From a virus (lineage: Duplodnaviria > Heunggongvirae > Uroviricota > Caudoviricetes), in IMG/VR virus record IMGVR_UViG_2861058914_000003: a DNA stretch of 43,448 bases. The stretch is one strand, 5' to 3'. Each line of letters starts with the position of its first letter. Position 1 is the first letter of the stretch. Position numbers and translations under genes: made by a program. Shown one piece after another: positions 31,127 through 43,154 of the stretch. A model generated the notes under the pieces. The model made no database searches, was not told where the DNA came from, and saw nothing but the letters and a program-made list of their open reading frames with translations.

Positions 31127-33680
31127 ACCGGTAGGCGATCTGGTCGTTGATTTGAGTCTGGATGCGGCCAGATTTGACGAGCAGATGGCCAGAGTCAGGC
31201 GTCATTTTTCCGGTACGGAAAGTGATGCGAAAAAAACAGCGGCAGTCGTTGAACAGTCGCTGAGCCGACAGGCGCTGGCTGCACAGAAAGCGGGGATTTC
31301 CGTCGGGCAGTATAAAGCCGCCATGCGTATGCTGCCTGCACAGTTCACCGACGTGGCCACGCAGCTTGCAGGCGGGCAAAGTCCGTGGCTGATCCTGCTG
31401 CAACAGGGGGGGCAGGTGAAGGACTCCTTCGGCGGGATGATCCCCATGTTCAGGGGGCTTGCCGGTGCGATCACCCTGCCGATGGTGGGGGCCACCTCGC
31501 TGGCGGTGGCGACCGGTGCGCTGGCGTATGCCTGGTATCAGGGCAACTCAACCCTGTCCGATTTCAACAAAACGCTGGTCCTTTCCGGCAATCAGGCGGG
31601 TCTGACGGCAGATCGTATGCTGGTCCTGTCCAGAGCCGGGCAGGCGGCAGGGCTGACGTTTAACCAGACCAGCGAGTCACTCAGCGCACTGGTTAAGGCG
31701 GGGGTAAGCGGTGAGGCTCAGATTGCGTCCATCAGCCAGAGTGTGGCGCGTTTCTCCTCTGCATCCGGCGTGGAGGTGGACAAGGTCGCTGAAGCCTTCG
31801 GGAAGCTGACCACAGACCCGACGTCGGGGCTGACGGCGATGGCACGCCAGTTCCATAACGTGACGGCGGAGCAGATTGCGTATGTTGCTCAGTTGCAGCG
31901 TTCCGGCGATGAAGCCGGGGCATTGCAGGCGGCGAACGAGGCCGCAACGAAAGGGTTTGATGACCAGACCCGCCGCCTGAAAGAGAACATGGGCACGCTG
32001 GAGACCTGGGCAGACAGGACTGCGCGGGCATTCAAATCCATGTGGGATGCGGTGCTGGATATTGGTCGTCCTGATACCGCGCAGGAGATGCTGATTAAGG
32101 CAGAGGCTGCGTTTAAGAAAGCAGACGACATCTGGAATCTGCGCAAGGATGATTATTTTGTTAACGATGAAGCGCGGGCGCGTTACTGGGATGATCGTGA
32201 AAAGGCCCGTCTTGCGCTTGAAGCCGCCCGAAAGAAGGCTGAACAGCAGAGTCAACAGGACAAAAATGCGCAGCAGCAGAGCGATACCGAAGCGTCACGG
32301 CTGAAATATACCGAAGAGGCGCAGAAGGCTTACGAACGGCTGCAGACGCCGCTGGAGAAATATGCCGCCCGTCAGGAAGAACTGAATAAGGCCCTGAAAG
32401 ACGGAAAAATCCTGCAGGCAGATTACAACACGCTGATGGCGGCAGCGAAAAAGGACTATGAAACGACACTGAAAAAGCCGAAGCAGTCCGGCGTGAAGGT
32501 GTCTGCGGGCGATCGTCAGGAAGACAGTGCTCATGCTGCCCTGCTGACGCTTCAGGCTGAACTCCGGACGCTGGAGAAGCATGCCGGAGCAAATGAGAAA
32601 ATCAGCCAGCAGCGCCGGGATTTGTGGAAGGCGGAGAGTCAGTTCGCGGTACTGGAGGAGGCGGCGCAACGTCGCCAGCTGTCTGTACAGGAGAAATCCC
32701 TGCTGGCGCATAAAGATGAGACGCTGGAGTACAAACGCCAGCTGGCTGCACTTGGCGACAAGGTTACGTATCAGGAGCGCCTGAACGCGCTGGCGCAGCA
32801 GGCGGATAAATTCGCACAGCAGCAACGGGCAAAACGGGCCGCCATTGATGCGAAAAGCCGGGGGCTGACTGACCGGCAGGCAGAACGGGAAGCCACGGAA
32901 CAGCGCCTGAAGGAACAGTATGGCGATAATCCGCTGGCGCTGAATAACGTCATGTCAGAGCAGAAAAAGACCTGGGCGGCTGAAGACCAGCTTCGCGGGA
33001 ACTGGATGGCAGGCCTGAAGTCCGGCTGGAGTGAGTGGGAAGAGAGCGCCACGGACAGTATGTCGCAGGTAAAAAGTGCAGCCACGCAGACCTTTGATGG
33101 TATTGCACAGAATATGGCGGCGATGCTGACCGGCAGTGAGCAGAACTGGCGCAGCTTCACCCGTTCCGTGCTGTCCATGATGACAGAAATTCTGCTTAAG
33201 CAGGCAATGGTGGGGATTGTCGGGAGTATCGGCAGCGCCATTGGCGGGGCTGTTGGTGGCGGCGCATCCGCGTCAGGCGGTACAGCCATTCAGGCCGCTG
33301 CGGCGAAATTCCATTTTGCAACCGGAGGATTTACGGGAACCGGCGGCAAATATGAGCCAGCGGGGATTGTTCACCGTGGTGAGTTTGTCTTCACGAAGGA
33401 GGCAACCAGCCGGATTGGCGTGGGGAATCTTTACCGGCTGATGCGCGGCTATGCCACCGGCGGTTATGTCGGTACACCGGGCAGCATGGCAGACAGCCGG
33501 TCGCAGGCGTCCGGGACGTTTGAGCAGAATAACCATGTGGTGATTAACAACGACGGCACGAACGGGCAGATAGGTCCGGCTGCTCTGAAGGCGGTGTATG
33601 ACATGGCCCGCAAGGGTGCCCGTGATGAAATTCAGACACAGATGCGTGATGGTGGCCTGTTCTCCGGAGGTGGACGATGA
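31119..33680 (+). CDS. H: Tail tape-measure protein H
   Basis: 853-aa ORF matching lambda gpH in length and sequence. Confidence 0.97.
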   Translation: MAEPVGDLVVDLSLDAARFDEQMARVRRHFSGTESDAKKTAAVVEQSLSRQALAAQKAGISVGQYKAAMRMLPAQFTDVATQLAGGQSPWLILLQQGGQVKDSFGGMIPMFRGLAGAITLPMVGATSLAVATGALAYAWYQGNSTLSDFNKTLVLSGNQAGLTADRMLVLSRAGQAAGLTFNQTSESLSALVKAGVSGEAQIASISQSVARFSSASGVEVDKVAEAFGKLTTDPTSGLTAMARQFHNVTAEQIAYVAQLQRSGDEAGALQAANEAATKGFDDQTRRLKENMGTLETWADRTARAFKSMWDAVLDIGRPDTAQEMLIKAEAAFKKADDIWNLRKDDYFVNDEARARYWDDREKARLALEAARKKAEQQSQQDKNAQQQSDTEASRLKYTEEAQKAYERLQTPLEKYAARQEELNKALKDGKILQADYNTLMAAAKKDYETTLKKPKQSGVKVSAGDRQEDSAHAALLTLQAELRTLEKHAGANEKISQQRRDLWKAESQFAVLEEAAQRRQLSVQEKSLLAHKDETLEYKRQLAALGDKVTYQERLNALAQQADKFAQQQRAKRAAIDAKSRGLTDRQAEREATEQRLKEQYGDNPLALNNVMSEQKKTWAAEDQLRGNWMAGLKSGWSEWEESATDSMSQVKSAATQTFDGIAQNMAAMLTGSEQNWRSFTRSVLSMMTEILLKQAMVGIVGSIGSAIGGAVGGGASASGGTAIQAAAAKFHFATGGFTGTGGKYEPAGIVHRGEFVFTKEATSRIGVGNLYRLMRGYATGGYVGTPGSMADSRSQASGTFEQNNHVVINNDGTNGQIGPAALKAVYDMARKGARDEIQTQMRDGGLFSGGGR

Positions 33681-34006
33681 AGACCTTCCGCTGGAAAGTG
33701 AAACCCGGTATGGATGTGGCTTCGGTCCCTTCTGTAAGAAAGGTGCGCTTTGGTGATGGCTATTCTCAGCGAGCGCCTGCCGGGCTGAATGCCAACCTGA
33801 AAACGTACAGCGTGACGCTTTCTGTCCCCCGTGAGGAGGCCACGGTACTGGAGTCGTTTCTGGAAGAGCACGGGGGCTGGAAATCCTTTCTGTGGACGCC
33901 GCCTTATGAGTGGCAGCAGATAAAGGTGACCTGCGCAAAATGGTCGTCGCGGGTCAGTATGCTGCGTGTTGAGTTCAGCGCAGAGTTTGAACAGGTGGTG
34001 AACTGA
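33677..34006 (+). CDS. M: Tail tip protein M
   Basis: 109-aa ORF matching lambda gpM. Confidence 0.95.
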   Translation: MKTFRWKVKPGMDVASVPSVRKVRFGDGYSQRAPAGLNANLKTYSVTLSVPREEATVLESFLEEHGGWKSFLWTPPYEWQQIKVTCAKWSSRVSMLRVEFSAEFEQVVN

Positions 34007-34704
34007 TGCAGGATATCCGGCAGGAAACACTGAATGAATGCACCCGTGCGGAGCAGTCGGCCAGCGTGGTGCTCTGGGAAATCGACCTGACAGAGGTCGG
34101 TGGAGAACGTTATTTTTTCTGTAATGAGCAGAACGAAAAAGGTGAGCCGGTCACCTGGCAGGGGCGACAGTATCAGCCGTATCCCATTCAGGGGAGCGGT
34201 TTTGAACTGAATGGCAAAGGCACCAGTACGCGCCCCACGCTGACGGTTTCTAACCTGTACGGTATGGTCACCGGGATGGCGGAAGATCTGCAGAGTCTGG
34301 TCGGCGGAACGGTGGTCCGGCGTAAGGTTTACGCCCGTTTTCTGGATGCGGTGAACTTCGTCAACGGAAACAGTTATGCCGATCCGGAGCAGGAGGTGAT
34401 CAGCCGCTGGCGCATTGAGCAGTGCAGCGAACTGAGCGCGGTGAGTGCCTCCTTTGTACTGTCCACGCCGACGGAAACGGATGGCGCTGTTTTTCCGGGA
34501 CGTATCATGCTGGCCAACACCTGCACCTGGACCTATCGCGGTGACGAGTGCGGTTATAGCGGTCCGGCTGTCGCGGATGAATATGACCAGCCAACGTCCG
34601 ATATCACGAAGGATAAATGCAGCAAATGCCTGAGCGGTTGTAAGTTCCGCAATAACGTCGGCAACTTTGGCGGCTTCCTTTCCATTAACAAACTTTCGCA
34701 GTAA
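34006..34704 (+). CDS. L: Tail tip protein L
   Basis: 232-aa ORF matching lambda gpL. Confidence 0.95.
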   Translation: MQDIRQETLNECTRAEQSASVVLWEIDLTEVGGERYFFCNEQNEKGEPVTWQGRQYQPYPIQGSGFELNGKGTSTRPTLTVSNLYGMVTGMAEDLQSLVGGTVVRRKVYARFLDAVNFVNGNSYADPEQEVISRWRIEQCSELSAVSASFVLSTPTETDGAVFPGRIMLANTCTWTYRGDECGYSGPAVADEYDQPTSDITKDKCSKCLSGCKFRNNVGNFGGFLSINKLSQ

Positions 34705-34708
34705 TCCC

Positions 34709-35452
34709 ATGACACAGACAGAATCAGCGATTCTGGCGCACGCCCGGCGATGTGCGCCAGCGGAGTCGTGTGGCTTCGTGGTGAGAACGCCGAAGGGGGA
34801 AAGATATTTTCCCTGCGTGAATATCTCCGGTGAGCCGGAGGCGTATTTCCGGATGTCGCCGGAGGACTGGCTGCGGGCAGAGATGCAGGGTGAGATTGTG
34901 GCGCTGGTCCACAGCCACCCCGGTGGTCTGCCCTGGCTGAGTGAGGCTGACAGGCGGCTGCAGGTGCAGAGCGATTTGCCGTGGTGGCTGGTCTGCCGGG
35001 GTGAGATTCATAAATTCCGCTGTGTGCCGCATCTTACCGGGCGGTGCTTTGAGCACGGGGTGACGGACTGTTACACGCTGTTCCGGGATGCTTATCATCT
35101 GGCGGGGATTGAGATGCCGGATTTTCATCGCGGGGATGACTGGTGGCGTCACGGTCAGAATCTCTATCTGGATAATCTGGAGGCCACAGGGCTGTATCAG
35201 GTGCCGTTGTCATCAGCACAACCGGGCGATGTGCTGCTGTGCTGTTTTGGTTCATCGGTGCCGAATCATGCCGCCATTTACTGTGGTGATGGCGAGCTGC
35301 TGCACCATATTCCTGAACAACTGAGCAAACGAGAGAGGTATACCGACAAATGGCAGCGACGCACACACTCCCTCTGGCGTCACCGGGCATGGCGCGCATC
35401 TGCCTTTACGGGGATTTACAACGATTTGGCCGCCGCATCGACCTTCGTGTGA
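34709..35452 (+). CDS. K: Tail tip assembly protein K (MPN/JAMM plus NlpC/P60-like)
   Basis: From MTQTESAILAHARR...; contains the JAMM-like HSHPGG motif. Exact start is uncertain: the track ORF begins 14 codons upstream, and an internal Met is possible. Confidence 0.85.
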   Translation: MTQTESAILAHARRCAPAESCGFVVRTPKGERYFPCVNISGEPEAYFRMSPEDWLRAEMQGEIVALVHSHPGGLPWLSEADRRLQVQSDLPWWLVCRGEIHKFRCVPHLTGRCFEHGVTDCYTLFRDAYHLAGIEMPDFHRGDDWWRHGQNLYLDNLEATGLYQVPLSSAQPGDVLLCCFGSSVPNHAAIYCGDGELLHHIPEQLSKRERYTDKWQRRTHSLWRHRAWRASAFTGIYNDLAAASTFV

Positions 35453-35991
35453 AAACGGGGGCTGAAGCCATCCGGGCGCTGGCCACACAGCTCCCGGCGT
35501 TTCGTCAGAAACTGAGCGACGGCTGGTATCAGGTACGGATTGCCGGGCGTGATACAGGTGAAACGGAATTATCAGCCCGTCTTAATGAACCGCTGGCAAA
35601 TGGTGCTGTGATCCATATCGTGCCGCGTCTGGCAGGAGCCAAAAGTGGCGGTGTGTTTCAGGCTGTGCTGGGGGCGGCTGTTATGGCGGTTGCTATATGG
35701 ATGCCGGGGGTAGGAATTATGGCGAGTAATCTGCTGTTTTCTCTCGGTGCCAGTATGACGCTTGGCGGTGTTGCACAGATGCTGGCCCCTAAACCCAGAA
35801 CCCCCCGCACACAGACAACGGATAACGGCAAACAGAACACCTATTTTTCTTCACTGGATAATATGGTTGCCCAGGGCAATGTTCTGCCCGTTCTGTACGG
35901 TGAAATGCGCGTGGGATCACGTGTGGTATCTCAGGAGATCAGCACAGCAGATGAAGGTGATGGTGGTCAGGTTGTGGTGATTGGTCGCTGA
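35350..35991 (+). CDS. I: Tail tip assembly protein I
   Basis: 213-aa ORF MAATHTLPLASPGMARICLYGD... matching lambda gpI. Confidence 0.9.
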   Translation: MAATHTLPLASPGMARICLYGDLQRFGRRIDLRVKTGAEAIRALATQLPAFRQKLSDGWYQVRIAGRDTGETELSARLNEPLANGAVIHIVPRLAGAKSGGVFQAVLGAAVMAVAIWMPGVGIMASNLLFSLGASMTLGGVAQMLAPKPRTPRTQTTDNGKQNTYFSSLDNMVAQGNVLPVLYGEMRVGSRVVSQEISTADEGDGGQVVVIGR

Positions 35992-36010
35992 TGAAAAACG
36001 TTTTATGTGA

Positions 36011-36032
36011 AACCGCCTCCGGGCGGTTTTAT
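36011..36032 (+). terminator. Hairpin (attenuator-like) between I and J
   Basis: AACCGCC-tccg-GGCGGTT followed by a T-rich stretch. Confidence 0.35.
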
Positions 36033-36051
36033 CGTTTATGGAGCATGACGA

Positions 36052-39000
36052 ATGGGTAAAGGCAGCAGTAAGGGGCATACCCCGCGCGAAGCGAAGGACA
36101 ACCTGAAGTCCACGCAGCTGCTGAGTGTGATCGATGCCATCAGCGAAGGGCCGGTTGAAGGTCCGGTGGATGGATTAAAAAGCGTGCTGCTGAACAGTAC
36201 GCCGGTGCTGGACAGTGAGGGGAATACCAATATATCCGGCGTCACGGTGGTGTTCCGGGCCGGTGAGCAGGAGCAGTCACCGCCGGAGGGATTTGAATCC
36301 TCCGGCTCCGAGACGGTGCTGGGTACGGAAGTGAAATATGACACGCCGATCACCCGGACCATCACGTCGGCAAACATCGACCGTCTGCGCTTTACCTTCG
36401 GTGTACAGGCACTGGTGGAAACCACCTCAAAGGGAGACAGGAATCCGTCGGAAGTTCGCCTGCTGGTTCAGATACAGCGTAACGGTGGCTGGGTGACGGA
36501 AAAAGACATCACCATTAAGGGCAAAACCACCTCGCAGTATCTGGCCTCGGTGGTGGTGGATAACCTGCCGCCGCGCCCGTTTAATATCCGGATGCGCAGG
36601 ATGACGCCGGACAGCACCACAGACCAGCTGCTGAACAAAACGCTCTGGTCGTCATACACCGAAATCATCGATGTGAAACAGTGCTACCCGAACACGGCAC
36701 TGGTTGGCGTGCAGGTGGACTCGGAGCAGTTCGGCAGCCAGCAGGTGAGCCGTAATTATCATCTTCGCGGGCGCATTCTGCAGGTGCCGTCGAACTATAA
36801 CCCGCAGACGCGGCAATACAGCGGTATCTGGGACGGAACGTTAAAACCGGCATACAGCAACAACATGGCCTGGTGTCTGTGGGATATGCTGACCCATCCG
36901 CGCTACGGCATGGGGAAACGTCTTGGTGCGGCGGATGTGGATAAATGGGCGCTGTATGTCATCGGCCAGTACTGCGACCAGTCGGTGCCGGACGGCTTTG
37001 GCGGCACGGAGCCGCGCATTACCTGTAATGCGTACCTGACCACACAGCGCAAGGCGTGGGATGTGCTCAGTGATTTCTGCTCGGCGATGCGCTGTATGCC
37101 GGTATGGAACGGGCAGACGCTGACGTTCGTGCAGGACCGACCATCAGATAAGGTGTGGACCTATAACCGCAGTAATGTGGTGATGCCGGATGATGGCGCG
37201 CCGTTCCGCTACAGCTTCAGCGCCCTGAAGGACCGCCATAATGCCGTTGAGGTGAACTGGATTGACCCGGATAACGGCTGGGAGACGGCGACAGAGCTCG
37301 TGGAGGATACGCAGGCCATTGCCCGTTACGGCCGTAACGTCACGAAGATGGATGCCTTTGGCTGTACCAGCCGGGGGCAGGCACACCGCGCCGGGCTGTG
37401 GCTGATTAAAACGGAGCTGCTGGAAACGCAGACCGTGGACTTCAGCGTGGGTGCTGAAGGGCTTCGCCATGTACCGGGGGATGTCATTGAAATCTGCGAT
37501 GATGACTATGCCGGTATCAGCACCGGTGGTCGTGTGCTGGCGGTGAACAGCCAGACCCGGACGCTGACGCTCGACCGTGAAATCACGCTGCCATCCTCCG
37601 GTACCACGCTGATAAGCCTGGTTGACGGAAGTGGCAATCCGGTCAGCGTGGAGGTTCAGTCCGTCACCGACGGCGTGAAGGTGAAAGTGAGCCGTGTTCC
37701 TGACGGTGTTGCTGAATACAGCGTATGGGGGCTGAAGCTGCCGACGCTGCGCCAGCGACTGTTCCGCTGCGTGAGTATCCGTGAAAACGACGACGGCACG
37801 TATGCCATCACCGCCGTGCAGCATGTGCCGGAAAAAGAGACCATCGTGGATAACGGGGCGCACTTTGACGGCGAACAGAGTGGCACGGTGAATGGTGTCA
37901 CGCCGCCCGCGGTGCAGCACCTGACCGCAGAAGTCACCGCAGACAGCGGGGAATATCAGGTGCTGGCGCGATGGGACACACCGAAGGTGGTGAAGGGGGT
38001 GAGCTTTATGCTTCGCCTGACCGTGGCAGCGGATGACGGCAGTGAGCGGCTGGTCAGCACGGCCAGGACGACGGAAACCACATACCGCTTCAGGCAACTG
38101 GCGCTGGGGAACTACAGGCTGACAGTCCGGGCGGTAAATGCGTGGGGGCAGCAGGGGGATCCGGCGTCGGTATCGTTCCGGATTGCCGCACCGGCAGCGC
38201 CATCGCGGATTGAGCTGACGCCGGGCTATTTTCAGATAACCGCAACGCCGCATCTTGCCGTTTATGATCCGACGGTACAGTTTGAGTTCTGGTTCTCGGA
38301 AAAGCGGATTGCGGATATCAGGCAGGTTGAAGCCAGCGCGCGTTATCTTGGTACGGCGCTGTACTGGATAGCCGCCAGTATCAATATCAAACCGGGCCAT
38401 GATTATTATTTTTACATTCGCAGTGTGAACACCGTTGGCAAATCGGCATTTGTGGAGGCTGTTGGCCAGCCGAGTGATGATGCATCCGGCTATCTGGATT
38501 TTTTCAAAGGAGAGATAGGGAAAACCCATCTGGCTCAGGAGTTGTGGACGCAGATTGATAACGGTCAGCTTGCGCCTGACCTGGCTGAAATCAGGACGTC
38601 CATTACGGATGTCAGCAATGAAATCACGCAGACCGTCAATAAGAAACTGGAAGACCAGAGTGCAGCGATCCAGCAGATACAGAAGGTTCAGGTTGATACA
38701 AATAATAACCTGAACAGCATGTGGGCTGTGAAGCTGCAGCAGATGCAGGACGGACGCCTTTATATCGCGGGTATTGGTGCCGGTATTGAGAATACCCCTG
38801 ACGGTATGCAGAGTCAGGTGCTGCTGGCGGCGGACAGGATTGCGATGATTAATCCTGCGAATGGCAATACAAAGCCGATGTTTGTTGGGCAGGGCGATCA
38901 GATATTCATGAACGAAGTGTTCCTGAAATATCTGACGGCTCCCACCATTACCAGCGGTGGCAATCCCCCAACGTTTTCACTGACACCTGATGGTCGACTT

Positions 39001-39534
39001 TCTGCGAGAAATGCGGATATCAGCGGTAACGTGAATGCGAACTCCGGGACGCTCAATAATGTCACGATTAACCAGAACTGTCGGATTCTGGGAAAACTGT
39101 CAGCTAACCAGATTGAAGGTGATATTGTCAAAACGGTGGGAAAAGCCTTTCCGAGAAATGGCAGTTATGCCAGCGGTACAATAACGGTCACTGTGTACGA
39201 TGACCAGGCTTTTGACCGTCAGATAGTCGTCCCCCCCGTTCTGTTTCGCGGTGGTAAGCATGAAAACTTCAACAGCAACAACCAACAGTCATACTGGTAT
39301 TCAACCTGTAAGCTGCAGGTGCTGAAGAACGGACAGGAAATCTTTCAGCAACCCGCGACGGATGTCAGCAGGGTATTTTCATCAGTCATTGATATGCCTG
39401 CCGGACACGGCCATGTCACCCTGACTTTCAATGTTTCTTCATATGGTGCAAATAACTGGACGCCAACGACCAGTATCAGCGACCTTCTTGTTGTCGTGAT
39501 GAAGAAATCAACAGCCGGCATCAGTATCAGTTGA
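36052..39534 (+). CDS. J: Central tail fibre / host specificity protein J
   Basis: 1160-aa ORF; the N-terminal two thirds match lambda gpJ as I recall it. Whether the C-terminal receptor-binding region matches lambda was not checked. Confidence 0.95.
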   Translation: MGKGSSKGHTPREAKDNLKSTQLLSVIDAISEGPVEGPVDGLKSVLLNSTPVLDSEGNTNISGVTVVFRAGEQEQSPPEGFESSGSETVLGTEVKYDTPITRTITSANIDRLRFTFGVQALVETTSKGDRNPSEVRLLVQIQRNGGWVTEKDITIKGKTTSQYLASVVVDNLPPRPFNIRMRRMTPDSTTDQLLNKTLWSSYTEIIDVKQCYPNTALVGVQVDSEQFGSQQVSRNYHLRGRILQVPSNYNPQTRQYSGIWDGTLKPAYSNNMAWCLWDMLTHPRYGMGKRLGAADVDKWALYVIGQYCDQSVPDGFGGTEPRITCNAYLTTQRKAWDVLSDFCSAMRCMPVWNGQTLTFVQDRPSDKVWTYNRSNVVMPDDGAPFRYSFSALKDRHNAVEVNWIDPDNGWETATELVEDTQAIARYGRNVTKMDAFGCTSRGQAHRAGLWLIKTELLETQTVDFSVGAEGLRHVPGDVIEICDDDYAGISTGGRVLAVNSQTRTLTLDREITLPSSGTTLISLVDGSGNPVSVEVQSVTDGVKVKVSRVPDGVAEYSVWGLKLPTLRQRLFRCVSIRENDDGTYAITAVQHVPEKETIVDNGAHFDGEQSGTVNGVTPPAVQHLTAEVTADSGEYQVLARWDTPKVVKGVSFMLRLTVAADDGSERLVSTARTTETTYRFRQLALGNYRLTVRAVNAWGQQGDPASVSFRIAAPAAPSRIELTPGYFQITATPHLAVYDPTVQFEFWFSEKRIADIRQVEASARYLGTALYWIAASINIKPGHDYYFYIRSVNTVGKSAFVEAVGQPSDDASGYLDFFKGEIGKTHLAQELWTQIDNGQLAPDLAEIRTSITDVSNEITQTVNKKLEDQSAAIQQIQKVQVDTNNNLNSMWAVKLQQMQDGRLYIAGIGAGIENTPDGMQSQVLLAADRIAMINPANGNTKPMFVGQGDQIFMNEVFLKYLTAPTITSGGNPPTFSLTPDGRLSARNADISGNVNANSGTLNNVTINQNCRILGKLSANQIEGDIVKTVGKAFPRNGSYASGTITVTVYDDQAFDRQIVVPPVLFRGGKHENFNSNNQQSYWYSTCKLQVLKNGQEIFQQPATDVSRVFSSVIDMPAGHGHVTLTFNVSSYGANNWTPTTSISDLLVVVMKKSTAGISIS

Positions 39535-39553
39535 ATTTTAAAACCCAAATTCG

Positions 39554-39580
39554 GGCACCAGAAATGGTGCCTTTTTTATT
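39554..39580 (+). terminator. Intrinsic terminator downstream of J
   Basis: GGCACC-agaaat-GGTGCC followed by TTTTTTATTT. Confidence 0.6.
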
Positions 39581-39592
39581 TGTGGAGTGAAT

Positions 39593-41614
39593 ATGGCAGT
39601 ACAGATTTCAGGTGTGCTGAAAGACGGTGCAGGAAAACCGATACAGAACTGCACCATTCAGCTCAAAGCAAAACGTAACAGCACCACAGTTGTGGTGAAC
39701 ACGGTGGCCTCAGAAAATCCGGATGAAGCCGGACGTTACAGCATGGATGTTGAGTATGGCCAGTACAGCGTCGCCCTGCTGGTTGAAGGTTTTCCGCCTT
39801 CACATGCCGGGACCATCACCGTGTATGAGGATTCTAAGCCGGGGACATTGAATGATTTTCTGGGCGCTGCAACAGAAGATGATGTTTGTCCGGAGGCACT
39901 GTATCGTTTTGAAAAGATGGTGGAAGAGGCGGCACGCAACGCTGAAGCCGCCTCTCAGAGCGCAGCGGCAGCAAAGAAATCAGAAACAGCAGCGGCATCG
40001 TCCAGGAACGCGGCGAAAACATCAGAGACGAATGCAGGTAACAGCGCGAAAGCGGCAGCTTCTTCAAAAACAGCCGCACAAAACGCAGCAACAGCGGCAG
40101 AACGTTCAGAGACAAATGCCCGTGCGTCAGAAGAAGCCTCCGCAGACAGTGAAGAGGCTTCCCGCCGTAATGCAGAGTCAGCCGCTGAAAATGCCGGAGT
40201 CGCCACCACAAAAGCGCGGGAGGCCGCAGCAGACGCAACAAAGGCCGGGCAGAAAAAGGATGAGGCTCTGTCGGCAGCGACACGAGCTGAAAAGGCGGCA
40301 GACCGCGCAGAAGCCGCAGCGGAAGTGACTGCAGAGCCCTGTGCGAATATAGTGCCGCCGCTGCCTGATGTGTGGATACCGTTTAACGATTCACTGGATA
40401 TGATTACGGGTTTTTCGCCATCTTATAAAAAGATAGTTATTGGTGACGATGAAATAACAATGCCAGGCGACAAGATTGTTAAGTTTAAACGTGCTTCAAC
40501 AGCAACGTATATTAATAAGTCCGGCCAACTCAAGCTTGCTGAAGTTGACGAACCGCGATTTGAGCGCGATGGCTTATTGATTGAAGGACAGAGGACAAAT
40601 TATCTGAGGAACTCAAATAAACCAGACTCATGGACTGTTCATTCCGCACTGAATAAAACATTTGGCACTGATAAACAGGGGTTCAATTATGCCACGGTGA
40701 CACCCACGGAAAGTATAGTGGGAACAACAGGTGGCTATACTGTGCATGGTGTGGTTGCAGCAGACAGATTCCCGCTGGCAAGTGGTGAATGTTTCACTTT
40801 TTCGTGCCGGGTTAAAGGCGCTAAAGCACGATGCAGGTTAAGAGTTTCAGTTATTATTGGTGGAACAGATACCTTCTCTGCTGACTCTTATCTTGATCTG
40901 GATACCCGGATCGCAACAGTAAGCGGTAATACATCCCTTATAACAGCCAAAGCTGAACAACAGGGCGAGTGGACCTACTATGAGGCCACTTATACAGCTA
41001 ATACGGACATTGATACCGTTAACTGTGCTTTTTATATGACAAATAAAATAAGTAATGAGACATTCTATGATGACTCAACATTAACCATGACGACGCCGCA
41101 AATTGAACTGGGCAATACGGCATCGTCATTTATTGTAACTACAATGCCAACAACACGCGCAAGTGATGTAGTTACTATCCCATCGCAGAATAACCTGTCA
41201 ACACGGCCTTTTACGGTATTGTGCGAAGTAAGCAGGAACTGGAGTACACCGCCCAATGTTGCGCCAAGGATATTTGATGTTGGAGGGCACAGTATTGATG
41301 ATAATTATTTATCGCTGGGGTTTGTTGCAACAGGAAAGATAAGCGCCAACGTAGGAATGGTTCAGCCACAAATTGCCTCAGATGGAGAAAGGTTCATTGT
41401 GGGTGTGAGAGCTAAATCTGATTTATCAGTAAATGCAATATGCAATGGTAATTATACAACAAACCTTAATGGTAAAATATTTGGAGTTACAGCAACATCG
41501 TACCGGTTTGGTGGGCAGACCGCAGCAGGAACGCGTCATTTGTTTGGACACATCAGAAATTTCAGAGTCTGGTTTAAAGAATTAAATGACAGGCAAATCA
41601 AGGAGGCAGTATGA
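39593..41614 (+). CDS. stf: Side tail fibre protein (lambda Stf-like N-terminus, divergent C-terminal domain)
   Basis: From ATG 39593 (GGAG RBS). MAVQISGVLKDGAGKPIQNCTIQLKAKRNSTTVVVNTV... resembles the lambda Stf N-terminus. An Ala/Ser/Glu-rich low-complexity linker follows, then a ~420-aa C-terminal region unlike lambda Stf. Confidence 0.85.
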   Translation: MAVQISGVLKDGAGKPIQNCTIQLKAKRNSTTVVVNTVASENPDEAGRYSMDVEYGQYSVALLVEGFPPSHAGTITVYEDSKPGTLNDFLGAATEDDVCPEALYRFEKMVEEAARNAEAASQSAAAAKKSETAAASSRNAAKTSETNAGNSAKAAASSKTAAQNAATAAERSETNARASEEASADSEEASRRNAESAAENAGVATTKAREAAADATKAGQKKDEALSAATRAEKAADRAEAAAEVTAEPCANIVPPLPDVWIPFNDSLDMITGFSPSYKKIVIGDDEITMPGDKIVKFKRASTATYINKSGQLKLAEVDEPRFERDGLLIEGQRTNYLRNSNKPDSWTVHSALNKTFGTDKQGFNYATVTPTESIVGTTGGYTVHGVVAADRFPLASGECFTFSCRVKGAKARCRLRVSVIIGGTDTFSADSYLDLDTRIATVSGNTSLITAKAEQQGEWTYYEATYTANTDIDTVNCAFYMTNKISNETFYDDSTLTMTTPQIELGNTASSFIVTTMPTTRASDVVTIPSQNNLSTRPFTVLCEVSRNWSTPPNVAPRIFDVGGHSIDDNYLSLGFVATGKISANVGMVQPQIASDGERFIVGVRAKSDLSVNAICNGNYTTNLNGKIFGVTATSYRFGGQTAAGTRHLFGHIRNFRVWFKELNDRQIKEAV

Positions 41615-41877
41615 AAGATTTAACTTTGAAATTTCCTGGTAACAGAGAGTTTAAATCCTTCCTGTCATCTCTTGACTGGGAGGAGGATGAAGACCTCCAG
41701 AATAAACTGTTAGTCGATGAAATTGGTTTCACCTACACAGAAACAGGGGTAACAGAAGAGGGAGAACCTGTCTGTGTCCGGAATGACGGTTATTTTGTCA
41801 ACATTCGCATTCTTGATGACTTGTTTGATGTTTCTGTATTCTCTGATTATGTCGTGGAGCTGGAAACACCGCTTTGA
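41611..41877 (+). CDS. Small acidic hypothetical protein, 3' end interrupted by IS911
   Basis: 88-aa ORF whose ATG overlaps the stf stop (ATGA). Its stop codon TGA is formed by the first bases of the IS911 terminal repeat. Not Tfa-like. Confidence 0.5.
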   Translation: MKDLTLKFPGNREFKSFLSSLDWEEDEDLQNKLLVDEIGFTYTETGVTEEGEPVCVRNDGYFVNIRILDDLFDVSVFSDYVVELETPL

Positions 41878-41904
41878 AGTGGTCAACAAAAACTGGCCAC
41901 CGAG

Positions 41905-43052
<1,148 letters not shown>

Positions 43053-43154
43053 TATGGCACCTGTGTTGTTCTGAGGTGAGCATATCACCTCTGTTCAGGT
43101 GGCCAAATTCAGTAAACCACTTCACTTCGGGAATGGAGCTGAAAGGAGGAAATA

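Noticed and set aside
37144..38529. 461-aa antisense ORF within J, and similar long antisense ORFs in A (21348-22115), H (31677-32825) and elsewhere
   Set aside because: They overlap genes that match lambda structural proteins along their full length and have no RBS; they are GC-rich open-frame artefacts.
39834..40328. ORFs on both strands overlapping the stf linker region
   Set aside because: They arise from the Ala/Ser/Glu-rich low-complexity repeat coding region of the fibre and are not independent genes.
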